Shown one piece after another: positions 38,307 to 49,438 of a DNA stretch of 64,000 nt. Source of the stretch: Takakia lepidozioides (lineage: Eukaryota > Plantae > Bryophyta); NCBI GenBank assembly GCA_030704615.1, contig CM060734.1, forward strand, positions 53,754,001 through 53,818,000, written 5' to 3'. Positions within the stretch are counted from its first letter, which is position 1, and each line of letters opens with the position of its first letter. The notes beneath the pieces are model-generated. The model was not told where the DNA came from. It did no database searches and saw only the letters and a list, made by a program, of their open reading frames with translations. Made by a program: the position numbers and the translations under genes.

Positions 38307-41300
38307 ATGCAGCAGTTGCAGCCAATGTACGAGTGTGGTCTAAGGGAGCATTGGAGGCGTCAGATTGGGGATCTTCATCCCATTGCTTTTTCCCGCACAA
38401 TTGGAGGATGTGAGGTGTGAATGTTTGTACTTTGTATATAGCTAAAGTGTTCTTCTATTCGCCTTCTAGCTTCGACTAGATATTCGTTGCACATCGGGAC
38501 TAAGCCCAATTGTTATGGATCCTGTCTTGATGCTTGGCTTGTGATGGAGGAAAGATTTTCATGTGGAAGATTTGAAGAGTTGGTTGAGAAATGTGTGTTC
38601 ACACATTGTTCTACTCGCGGGAATAGGACTGACTCTGAGCTGCCAGGGCCAAATTTGTGGACCTGGAGACCCCAATCTCAAATTTAATGGCTTGCCAGCG
38701 ATGGTGTTAGCAGTCTGTCTGTGAAGGGGGTTATTGGGGTGTAATTGCAGATGTGCTTGAAAATTATCATCTTTATGGTTTTACCGTGTGTGTGCTCTTG
38801 CTCTCGAGAGCAGCTGCAGTTTGTAGTGGCATTTATCTTGACCGAGGAATATTTGTGGAGTGACAGTTTATTTCTGTGGCTCCTTAATTTCGCATTCTCA
38901 GACCCATCTTTCACCTTCAAAGTTACTGTCTCTTGTCCTTTTGCTTGTAGTGATCTTTAGAGTGGATGAGTGAAACATAGTGACAGTTTTGGAGAGGTCT
39001 TACTGATGGGATAAGAACATTCAGACCTTTTCCTGGCATATGGGATGGTGCATACAGGACCTCATTCAGCGCCTGTCGTTGTACGCAAAATTGGATGGGC
39101 ATAATGACTGTGTGAACACAGTCCACTTTAATCCAACCGGTGAGCTTTTGATCTCAGGGTCAGATGACCGGGAAATTGTGTTTTGGGACTGGGCTGCCAA
39201 AGTACAAAAGCTCTCCTATAGCTCTGGTCATGACAGTAACGTCTTCCAAGCAAGAGTGATGCCATTTTCTGATGACAGAAGCATTATCAGCTGTGCTGCT
39301 GATGGCCAGGTTCGTCGGATCTCATTTCTGGGTTTCATTCAAATGTTCTGATGTATCTGTACTTGGTTGCTAGTGTGGTGGCTAGAGACTTGGATGCTGA
39401 ATGTTTATTCAGTCCAAAGTACTGTGACGTAAAGTTTATTTCTTTCAGTCCCACTTACTGTGATCTAGACATATTTCTTTCCTGAGCTTTTAGAGATTTT
39501 ATAGTAACTCAAAATGTTTGCCGTGATGATGCCTTTCTAGTGGAGCTTGCATTTTCCTATCAACCAGTTACACAGACAGCACAGAGTTCCCTATCAGGTT
39601 AATCAAAGCTATAAGTTCTTTTCCACTATATGTCTGTTGGACGTCTATGGCAGGTACGACATGGGCAAATATTGGACAATGGAAAGGTTCAAACAAAAAG
39701 CCTAGCCAAACACAAAGGACGTGCCCACAAGCTAGCTATAGAGCCTGGTAGTCCCCGTACGTTCTTGAGTTGTGGGGAAGACGGTGTTGTCCGTCAAGTA
39801 AGTTTACAATCCATCTCTGGGGCACTGCAATTCAAGGGGTTCTTATTCTGCCATAGCAAAGGCATCCAAGGTTCCATTCCCGCTTCACTTTTAATAGTCT
39901 TTTCATTGTCCTCTTCTGTGCATGATTGTGCTTTCCAATTCAACATTTTCCAATATGACTGTCAAGATTGTTGGAAGATCAGCAATGCTTCAATATGCCA
40001 GGCCCCACAGTGGGGTTCATAAGGAATTCCAGGCAATTCCTCTGTATCTGTCTTTTTCTCACCCCACCCCCCCCTCCCTCCCTCCCTACTTATGCCCGCT
40101 TTGCTGGCATGTTCTATGGGTGAGCCTTTTCTTTGGTCACTTTCTCGTTTCGAGTTTTCTGTTGGCATAGCACTGTTGCAAAACACCCTGCTGTCAAGGA
40201 ATTCTCCCTCAACACTGCCTTTGTTGCCATGTGCCAGTTTGACTTGAGGGAGGAGAAGAGTACAAAGCTGTTTGTTTGCCACAGCTTTCCACCTGGCAGC
40301 GGGAAGCGGGATCGCCACAATATCGTCCGTCTCAACGCCATAGTCATTAATCCTCGAAACTGCAACTATTTCTCTGTAGGAGGCTCTGATGAATTTGCTC
40401 GTGTCTATGATATTCGCCGCGTTAACGCTGATGCATCAGGCAATGCAGACCAGCCAGTTAACTCCTTTACTCCAAAGCACCTGTTTGGTACAGGCAAGGC
40501 CCTCACCACCCTTTTTGTATGCAGTTTGTTGGCGATTTGTTACATCAATGGCAGGATTTTACTATTTGCATGATAACTAGCATTGATTTTGGAGGAGGTA
40601 GGTTTGGATTGGAGAAACACAGATCACTGCTTGGTTACCATAATTTGTAATTCGGTTTTTCTGTCAGGAACCCACATCTTGGTCACCAATTAAACCCATA
40701 TTTTCGAAATGCAAAACCAGACTGGTTGTTTTGCCTCCCAAGTCAGTGTTTTGACACCTTAGAGTAGATGTCATCCAACACAATGCTATCGTGGTGCTGG
40801 GTGATCAGGCACCTGGTACTGATCCAAGCACTGATCAGGTACCAGGTGCTCAGGTGTATACCCTCGTCATCATCAAGCTGAAGACAACCCTTTCAGCCAT
40901 TATTTGTTGAAACCTAGACCCTACGCAAGAGTCTGGACAAGTAGACTTCGCATTCTGTGTTACAGTCAATAGACAGAAGTCTTAACTTCTTTGTTATTGA
41001 TCAAGGTGTAGCACAAGGTTGCACCCTCTCCCCACTGCTCTTCACTGTTCTCCTTAATCAGCTTCTTGAAGATGTGGAAAGTGAGGGGTTTGGGCTAAGG
41101 TGGGTGATGCCACCATACCAGCTCTTATGTTTGCAGATGGATTGGTGGGCCCAGGGGCTACCCCATCCAATCTCCAGGAGCTGATTGATGGTGCGAAGAG
41201 GTTCTTTGACCTGTGGAAGCTAGAAGCTAATATTAGTAAATGCACAGTGGTGGCATTCAACGACTGTGGGGAGGGAGGAGGAGATCTCCAATGGAAATGT

Positions 41301-44150
41301 GGTGATGAATTCAACCTGTGTGGGTTGACAATTCCAATCATGCTAAATCTCTATAATCCATTCAGGTCGTGGTGCTCAAAGAAAGCATGTCGGCTCGTTC
41401 TAGAACAGCTAATGTGGCTGTTCGGGGGGAGTTTGTCATACCTCCCTTAAGCTCTCGACGTGATGGGTTCAAGGTCAGATGGTGGGGTCAGTTGAATATC
41501 TGATGCCCAAAGACTGTTCGATGCAAATGAAGTTGGGCATAAAACTTCCCTGAACTTGTTTCCAGTCTGTGACATGGGCAAGGACCTTAATGATGATCTC
41601 AAGGGCCTACCTACCCCTGGCACAAGACTGAATTTTAACGTGAAGGCGGGAAGCCTAACGTTGAATAATAAACAGATGTAGAGAGGAAGAGGAGATCGTA
41701 ATTGCCCGATGTTCGGGCAGCCTGAAGACAAAATCCATTTTCTGATTCATTGTCCGGGATATTCTGACCAGAGAGTGACCCTCTTCAGGACAATCAAGAA
41801 CATTGTCCCTGCACGTATGTTCACGAACTTTGAAAACTCAAGGCTGAACCTAAAGCCCTGGCCTTTGGGGTCTAATTGCTGGTCAGCTCACACACCGCAA
41901 GTTGATGCTTGCGTGAAGGGCTTCCTAGAGCATATCTGGAAAACCCGAACTAATTGTCTCTATCAAGGTAAGTCACACTACCGGAGTGAGCCCCTCACGA
42001 AGGTAGTATTTGTTCCATTTGTTCCGCCCAAACTGGGCACTGGGTCTATGGCCACAAGGTTACACAGTAAACAACGGGTTATGAGTACATTCTCTCCCCC
42101 TGCCCACTAGGTAGCCTACTCAATGGCTGAACTTGACATGGGAGTAGGTAAACGTCCCTGTGACTAAATGCCGGCCTTGTGAGCCCTTGTTTGATTGACC
42201 TGAAGCAGTTTGCTTCAGGTAAGGCAGTGCATTGGATTTAGTTGAGAGAAGGGATCTCTCCTTTTGTAGAATATGCCTAAACAGGCCATTCCCTGCAGCT
42301 CCTATGGACTGATTGATCGTGAATGGTAACAAGCAGATCCATATTGGGGGCAGCCCTTTCCTCAAAGTGGGCAGTCTGGCTTGCATGCTCAACAGGCTAT
42401 TGTGTCTAAATCTCTTACCTTCTATCAATACATCTCTTTTTCCAGATAATGCACGGATTCCCCGGGGTGATATCTGGGAGCTGGTTACTTCTGCCAAATC
42501 TAGCATTTGTGTAGATTTACCCCACATCATGTCCTAGAAAGCTACTCTCTGATTACTCTCATCAGATAGTGACCCTCTTCGGGACCATCAAGAACTTAAT
42601 CCCTGCATCTCTGTTCACCAACTTTCAATTCTCGAGGCTGAGCCCTGTTGGGGTCTAATTGCTGGGCAGCTCACACACAGCAGATCGATGCTTGTGTGAA
42701 GGGCTTTCTAGAGGAAATCTGGGAAGGCAGCACCAGTTATCTATACCAAGGCAAGTCCCACTACTGGGGTGAGCCGCTCACAAAGGGAGTGTCTGTTCCC
42801 TCTAGTTCCGACCTAATTGGGCGGGGGGTTAAGGCTATTAGAAGCAATGTCCCATGAGTGCATTCTCTCCTTCTCTCGCCACCTTCCCCCACCCTCCTTT
42901 CTTCTTTTGTAGTAGGCCATTAAATGTGTGGACAACAGCGGTGTACTTGCAAGTTTCCTGACAAACAGCTATTGATCATGCAGTCCGTGTCCCTATTGTC
43001 ACGAGGGTTCCAGAAATGTAAGCAGGGTTTTTATATTTATCTTGGGGTTGAGGGGAAGCAGATCAGGTCCACATAACATGTGTGGCGTACTCACAGCAAG
43101 AAGAGCTCCTGGTGTCTTACAATGACGAACTCATCTATCTGTTTGACGATGAGATGGGCTTGGGTCCAAACCCCAAAGAAAGGCAATCGACAGAAGACAC
43201 GGGAAATAGTGATGTTGTGGGTCCCCAGCCAAGGTGTCCAGAACCAGAAGTGTACAAAGGACATCGAAATGCCCAAACTGTGAAGGGTGTCAACTTTTTC
43301 GGTCCCAATACTGAGTATGTGGTCAGTGGGTCAGACTGTGGACGAATATTCATATGGAAGAAAAGGGGTGCCAAGTTGTTGCTAGCTTGAGGCATGGGGA
43401 CAGCCAAGTAGTGAACTGCTTGGAGCCCCACCCATATTCCACCATTCTTGCAACCAGTGGGATTGATAGAACTGTCAAAATCTGGGCTCCAACAGCGAAT
43501 GAGCTCCTGCCACTTCCTAGCGATGCTGAGAAGGTGAGTGTGGTACCTTGTCATCTCTGTTGCCCTTGTGCTTGTGAGCAGTAGGCCTTGTGATTTGTAC
43601 CTCCACACATGTAGCTCTCCCTTCCTCTGCCATGCTGGCACCATGTTTTTCAGGCATTCTCCATCCAGTGGACTGTTTTTGGATAGATTGCTGAATCATC
43701 AACTGTTGTTCATGGGCTGTCTTTGTTAACCCTGTGGTGTGTTCTTGTTAACTTATTACAAGTAAATATATTTTAGTATCCAAAATGGCTGAGTTGTTTT
43801 GCGTCCATGTTGCATCCTTGTCATGCCATCAGATTTGGGAAAAGTGAGTCTATAAGTGAGACAAAAAGCTTGACGCTTGATCTGAGTGACTGTCGGGTTG
43901 TTTGTAGGTCATGGAATTGAACAGCTGGGAAAGAGAAAATCGGTCTCACATCTCCTTGACGCCAGATTCTCTAATGAATGTGTTGCGTTTGCAACGGCGG
44001 CATGCTCAGCGTGATCATGATCGTGGACACTCGCAAACGTTGATGGATGAGGATGTAGATGATGACGACGATGACGACTACATGGACTTTGAGGAGTTAT
44101 CATCCGATGAGGGGGGTACTGTGAACCCACGTGAGTGCATTATCGGTTGA
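38307..44150 (+). CDS. DCAF8-like WD40 (DDB1-CUL4-associated factor) gene; exons 38307-38414, 39058-39309, 39654-39797, ~40238-40493, 43062-43533, 43909-44150; apparent frameshift at ~43380
   Basis: [40 protein letters not shown]...[11 protein letters not shown]...[15 protein letters not shown]...[10 protein letters not shown]...[14 protein letters not shown]...[35 protein letters not shown]...[22 protein letters not shown]. Confidence 0.88.
40980..42100 (+). mobile_element. RTE-X-like LINE (internally deleted) in the WD40 intron
   Basis: [28 protein letters not shown]; 3' end ...ttatgagtacattctctc. Confidence 0.85.
42555..42875 (+). mobile_element. RTE-X-like LINE 3' fragment
   Basis: [20 protein letters not shown]; ends catgagtgcattctctc. 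Confidence 0.8.
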
Positions 44151-45478
44151 ACAGACAAACTACTATCAACTCGTGGTCTTCTGTCCCGCGTATATTTAAC
44201 AGAAGGCTACTAATGTTTTGAGGGAGGTCGGTTCAAATTAAGATAGTTTATGGTCCAGCCTTAGTTTCAGTTGGCCATTGCAATCTAACACCACAACACC
44301 CTGTTTCCGCCCACAGGAGAAAGATAGAAATCAAAAAGATACATCTACCAGACCATTGCTTAGTCTTGCAGGGATTCACCCCTTTCTACTGTGAATTGAG
44401 GGAATGGATATGAGACAGGGAGAAATAGATGTGGAGGTTATGTCTGCAAAAGGGATGGGGAATACGGGTGATTACACCTTACCAGCTGGAAAACTCGTAT
44501 AGAGGGTTCTTGTGAGCAATCTCATCCTCAACTGACTAGCAGCTGACATTATTGCTGTTCACCGGAGATTTGAAGCTTGGTTGCATAATGTAGAGAAAGA
44601 AAAGTTGTGTTATTTAGTGTGTGGTGTAGGCCATGGGCCAAGTACCAGGCTTTTGGGGCGGGAGAATGGGTGGGGAGGGTGGGGAGAGAGAAGAGGGCGG
44701 AATAGAGTTTAGTAACTCTGCTGATAGTAATATGCTAGTTAGGGAACTTACCACGTTATGTGGAAGTGATTCTGGTCCCTCAGAAACTCTTAATGAAAGC
44801 ATTTAAATTTTGAAGCACTTATGGACGGTGAAGATGGTAGGTGGCCATGCATAGACCAGGGACTTCTCTATTCATCGTCTGCAATCACGAAGCAAGCTCC
44901 AAGTCTTCACCTTGGGTGTAGAGAAGATAGGATGTCCCGCCATGATGATCACCAAACTAATGTGCTTTGATCTCTTACCGCCGTCATTACAAGACTTTCA
45001 ATAATATATGGAAGTATTACTACCCATATGTTGACTTTACCACCTTCACACAGTCACATACGGAAAGCTAGGGTGGAACTTATACAGGGTCATTTATTGT
45101 GGGGTTAGAGCATAAACAGTATTGTACTTTCAGAGAGTAGTGAACTTCACAACAGAGGCAGCAGTTTGAATGGAGAAAGTGGCAGTTAATATTTTCAAGC
45201 TGAGGCACATCCTGAGGGCTTTTGAATGTACAATAGTTCAAAGAGATGAAGTACTTGCTAACAATTATCAAGCACTTTGACAAAGATATTGGAGATCAAA
45301 CCCAATGTGCTCTTCTATGAAATTCTCTTCCTAAATGATTGACTTGAGTAAGATGCATAACTTGAAGATGTACTTGGATTTGTAGAAAAAAGTTGGAGCC
45401 TTGAATACGACAGCTTGTGTGTGTTCTATTATAAGCCTTTTCGATAATAACTACTATTTTTCTTAAGAAATAGACCAT

Positions 45479-45943
45479 TTAAAATGGAAGATAATAGGAA
45501 TAATATAAACCCCGTTGGTATTGCTGCTCCCCAGTGGCCATCTTACGGAATGCGCACATCAGATCACATGCTAGTGCCGCTAAAATATGCGACTTTCCAT
45601 TGCCAAGGTTGCCCCACAAGACTGCTTCTGAGTGATCATATAATTCTTCGTTAGTTGCATCTGCCTTCACATGTAAATCTGATGGACAATCACCTTCAGC
45701 TCCTGTAGATCTCAACCTTAATAGTGCATTTCGCACTTCTCGATATTTCTCACGTCCCATGTATCTCCACCAAGAGCCACCCTCAGTCTTAAAGCGGTCG
45801 GGTATGCCCGCAAGTGTGGGAAAAGGTAGCTTGAACAAGGTGTTGGGATCCTCAAATGATGAGTTTGCTACAACTCGCTCAACGATGCAGTCGTTAATGC
45901 ACACTTGCAACCTCTGACAGGATGGTACGCCGGTTTCCGGCAT
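45479..45943 (-). pseudogene. P-loop NTPase fragment resembling Crinkler-associated (CR-NTPase) proteins
   Basis: LPFP...DRF...YMGREKY...LWGNLGNGKSHILAALAC contains a Walker A motif. The ORF ends shortly after the P-loop. Confidence 0.5.
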
Positions 45944-46737
45944 GACAAATCTTCCCCACTCTCTCTTGAGAGTGACATGGCATTGAAGGAGTGTAAACTC
46001 TAGTCGGGGTTACACTGGGTTACACGACAAGGTGTGTAACTCCACGTGGGGTTACATTGGGTTACACAATGAGGTGTGTAACTCCGCTCGTTACCCAATG
46101 CGTTGGAACCCAACCCAATGAGCATAATGAGCATAATGATATAACCCAATGATATAATGAGCATATCAATGAGCATCAATAAACCCAATGCTCCTAACCC
46201 ACCAACCCCCTAATTACGTCTTCACACAAGGACAAAAGTGGATAGTAAATATGGAGTCCACGGATCCAGCTTGTTGCACATCCCCATCTCTGTAGGCAGT
46301 GCCACTCTGAGTTTCTAGGATTACCAGTAGGCGTCACTGAGCCATATAATATAAGCGTGTATCCATTCTCAGTAATATAATATCGTGTACCCATCGTCTC
46401 CTTGCTCCGAGCAGGCATTTAGGGATAGTTAAATATAATCAATAATTTGGGTCAGAGTTGAAGTTGTTTCAAATTGAGACAGCATGCAGCTCATAATTTG
46501 TACACTGTTCATGCTTGGTTGCATGAAACTCTAGACTTGATAATTACTCGAGCAAGACCAGGTCACAGAGTATTCCATATTTATCCATGTCATCTATCAA
46601 AGCTTCACATGAAATTCCACACATACTTCATGTCAAGGCGACCAGCCTGCTTCCGAGCAAGAGATTTACGTAAATTATTGAGTGAGAGATATCCACTCTC
46701 TCTTATGTTGGCAGCAACTATACGATTAGAAGCCCTG

Positions 46738-48545
46738 AAGTGTAAAAGACATTTTTCCAACTTGGCATATAGTCTTCTTTTTCTTAATTTATCAAGGACA
46801 AGGCGTACATGGCGGTCATGTTCTTCTTCATTCTGTGAAAATATCAAAATGTCGTCCAAATAGATGACTACAAAGTCATCTAAAAATTCTTGAAAAATGT
46901 CATTCATCATATGTTGGAAAATTGCTGGAGCATAAGACCAAAAGGCATAACACTGTATTCAAAATGTCCATACCTTGTTCAAAAAGTTGTTTTATATTCG
47001 TCTCCTTCTTTTATCCGTACAAGGTTATAAGCTCATTTCAAGTCAATTTTGGTGAAAATCTTCGATCGTCCCAGCTGGTCGAGAAGCCCAGAAATCAGTG
47101 GCAGGCGAAGTTGTTTGCTTCGCACCCACTGTGAGTATACTGAGAGGCGGCTCACCCTAGTGTTGTGGCCTAAATCTCGCAGGAGAGCATTCCACCTCAA
47201 CCGGAGTGCTCAACTGACCCGAATACTTTAGTTTGGGGTTGTCAGACATCGCATTGCAGGGGCTTGTCATTAGGGTTTTTTTTTTAAAAATGTGAGAGGT
47301 CTACGGTTTAGCCTGAAATTGCCCGCATCCTTGTCTTTTGGGTTTACGAGTTTTTCTACATTCCCAGTGTTGGGATTGCATTGCTAAGTACACAGAATGA
47401 TGATTGTGAGGCGACGCATGTCTCCACACTATCATGGCGCACCATGAAGAGAGCGGGATTGGTTAATTTCTTCATGGGGTGAGGATTGCAGGCTTCTTGC
47501 TCCAAAACCAAAGCGTGCTTGCCGTCGACCTCCACTACCCACGGGACCACCCAGACGCAGTGGAAGGCTAGAAACAATGGCCGACGAGGCACGACAGTAT
47601 GTAGACGAAGACGAGGAGGAGGATTTGTTGTGTGTCCCTGCGGGCGAGCCCCCGCAGATGATTTTGAATGTCGGATGAAGTGCTTCAACAAATTTTCATC
47701 AATATATTCACGTAATGCAGCCAACTCCGTCTAGAATAAGTTATAAATTGGGCTGAATGGTGGTTGGGCTCCTTCTTATAACTCAATTGCATAGTCATAA
47801 GTCGATGTTCTGGCAATATGTCTCAACATCATTGTAATCTTGATATTGAGCGGGTAATGTTGAAATACCTTTGTCTGTTATGTCTTGATCGGAGTCGCAT
47901 AAAGTGCAAATGTCGCATCCTTTTTGGTAGCTCTCATGAAAGCTCTAGCTCCAAGGAACACGGGTTGAATACCTTTGATATTTCTACATTTTTGTCTTGC
48001 AGAAATTTTTCGCGATCGCCAGTCGATGTCAGGATTATGAAGTACGAACCAGGGAAGTCCAAGGATCACAGGATTCGTTGGAGACTAGATTACGTTGAAA
48101 ACAATATGTGATGCTTGATCTTTAAGCTTCACTTCAAGTGATCGAGTTTCATGGTCCACATTTCCTGATACTAACGGTCGTCCATCGATGACTTCAACGG
48201 GGGCCGTTAGTTTCTTCTTTACGAGCGTTAAATTGTGTTGCTTCGCAAAGTTTTTGTCCATAAAACAAACTGAAGCGTCTAAGTCCAAAAGTTTTTCTAC
48301 AGAGATATCTCGATTTTGCACTCTAATTTTTACCGGAACTGTGAAAAAATGTGTAGGGTCTGGAGGTAGAAAGAGACATTTTTTTTTGAGGAATTTGTGG
48401 TGTCCATCCGCATGGTCCCTACTACGACTAGACATCTTCGTTTTTCGACCTCCTCGTATCGGACACTTGAGTTGCGCCCCGAGCTTTGAATCTTCTCTTG
48501 TTGGGGCAGTTTAATGCTATGTGATCTTCTTCTCCGCAATAGAGG
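46738..48545 (-). mobile_element. Ty3/gypsy chromovirus (Tcn1-like), 5' pol part: protease + RT up to KCLLH; degraded
   Basis: LLDLDASVCFMD (protease), [54 protein letters not shown]...LYAKLEKC. Confidence 0.9.
47101..47640. other. ~540-bp CpG-rich insertion interrupting the gypsy RT
   Basis: RT motifs SKSSAGA (47641+) and LISGLLDQL (<=47100) flank non-RT sequence that replaces the expected intervening RT segment. Terminal hairpin gcgaag-ttgtttg-cttcgc at 47105-47123. Confidence 0.55.
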
Positions 48546-48765
48546 GTGATTTCCTTAATGGGACCCTTCAAACTAATATTTATAATTTAAATGAGGGAAT
48601 GGTATTCTCGAAGTTAATTATGTACATTTAGAAGAGCCCTTGAAATGGACAATTTTAAGGATTTACAATGGTCCCAATCTCTAAACCCTTAACCCTAAAC
48701 CAACAATTTGAACATAAACAACAAAATTTAGCTTCAAACCTTTAAATTTTTTGATAATTTAGTTT

Positions 48766-48767
<2 letters not shown>

Positions 48768-48794
<27 letters not shown>
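48768..48794. repeat. (AT)n microsatellite
   Basis: Direct reading of the sequence. Confidence 0.9.
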
Positions 48795-48796
<2 letters not shown>

Positions 48797-49117
48797 CAAT
48801 ATACAATGCCTCAACCATAAAGATTTATCAAATTACATGACTAAATTACAATGTCATTTTGAGTATACTAAGAAGTCATTCTTGGTCGACTCTTATTCAG
48901 TTGTTATTACTTCTACTTAATATCCGTTAATGTCTTAGAACGTTTTTTTTTTAAAAATGTGTGATTAGAATAATGTACAGCTGGAGGATTAAATACGTGT
49001 ATTGTTTCCTATCTCCCTGAGACTAAATATATGGTAAGCAAAACAAGCCATAGTGTGAGCTGGTTTCCACTGCATTTCAGCTTGATGTAATGAGGCGTTC
49101 ATAATTAGCCTCCGTAC

Positions 49118-49258
49118 TTTCAAGTGGTTGTGGGTTCAAACCACCCTGTTGGTTGTTACAAAGGTGTCCACCTTCCTACCGGAAGGCAGTAGCCCTTCTG
49201 GGTCAAGTGACACCATAAGTTACGCTTGCTTCGGCAATGTGTCCACTATTTTTATTTT
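49118..49258 (+). mobile_element. tRNA-like SINE copy with a 13-bp target-site duplication
   Basis: TSD ttagcctccgtac at 49105-49117 and 49259-49271; B-box-like gggttcaaacc; T-rich tail. Confidence 0.8.
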
Positions 49259-49438
49259 TTAGCCTCCGTACCATCCACTTTTAATTGGATAAAAAATGAC
49301 ACAACAAAAAGAAACTAATACCACCGCATTATGGGAGTGTGCCAGATACAACACATATCCTCGAGTGACATTCGAACCTCATGAAATCTCTCTTAAGCAT
49401 ATTAGCTTCATATTAGTCGTAATGACTAGCCTGATGTA

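Noticed and set aside
49222-49242. gcttgcttcggca as the 5' end of U6 snRNA
   Set aside because: No U6 body (ACAGAGA box) follows; it is the SINE's terminal UUCG hairpin.
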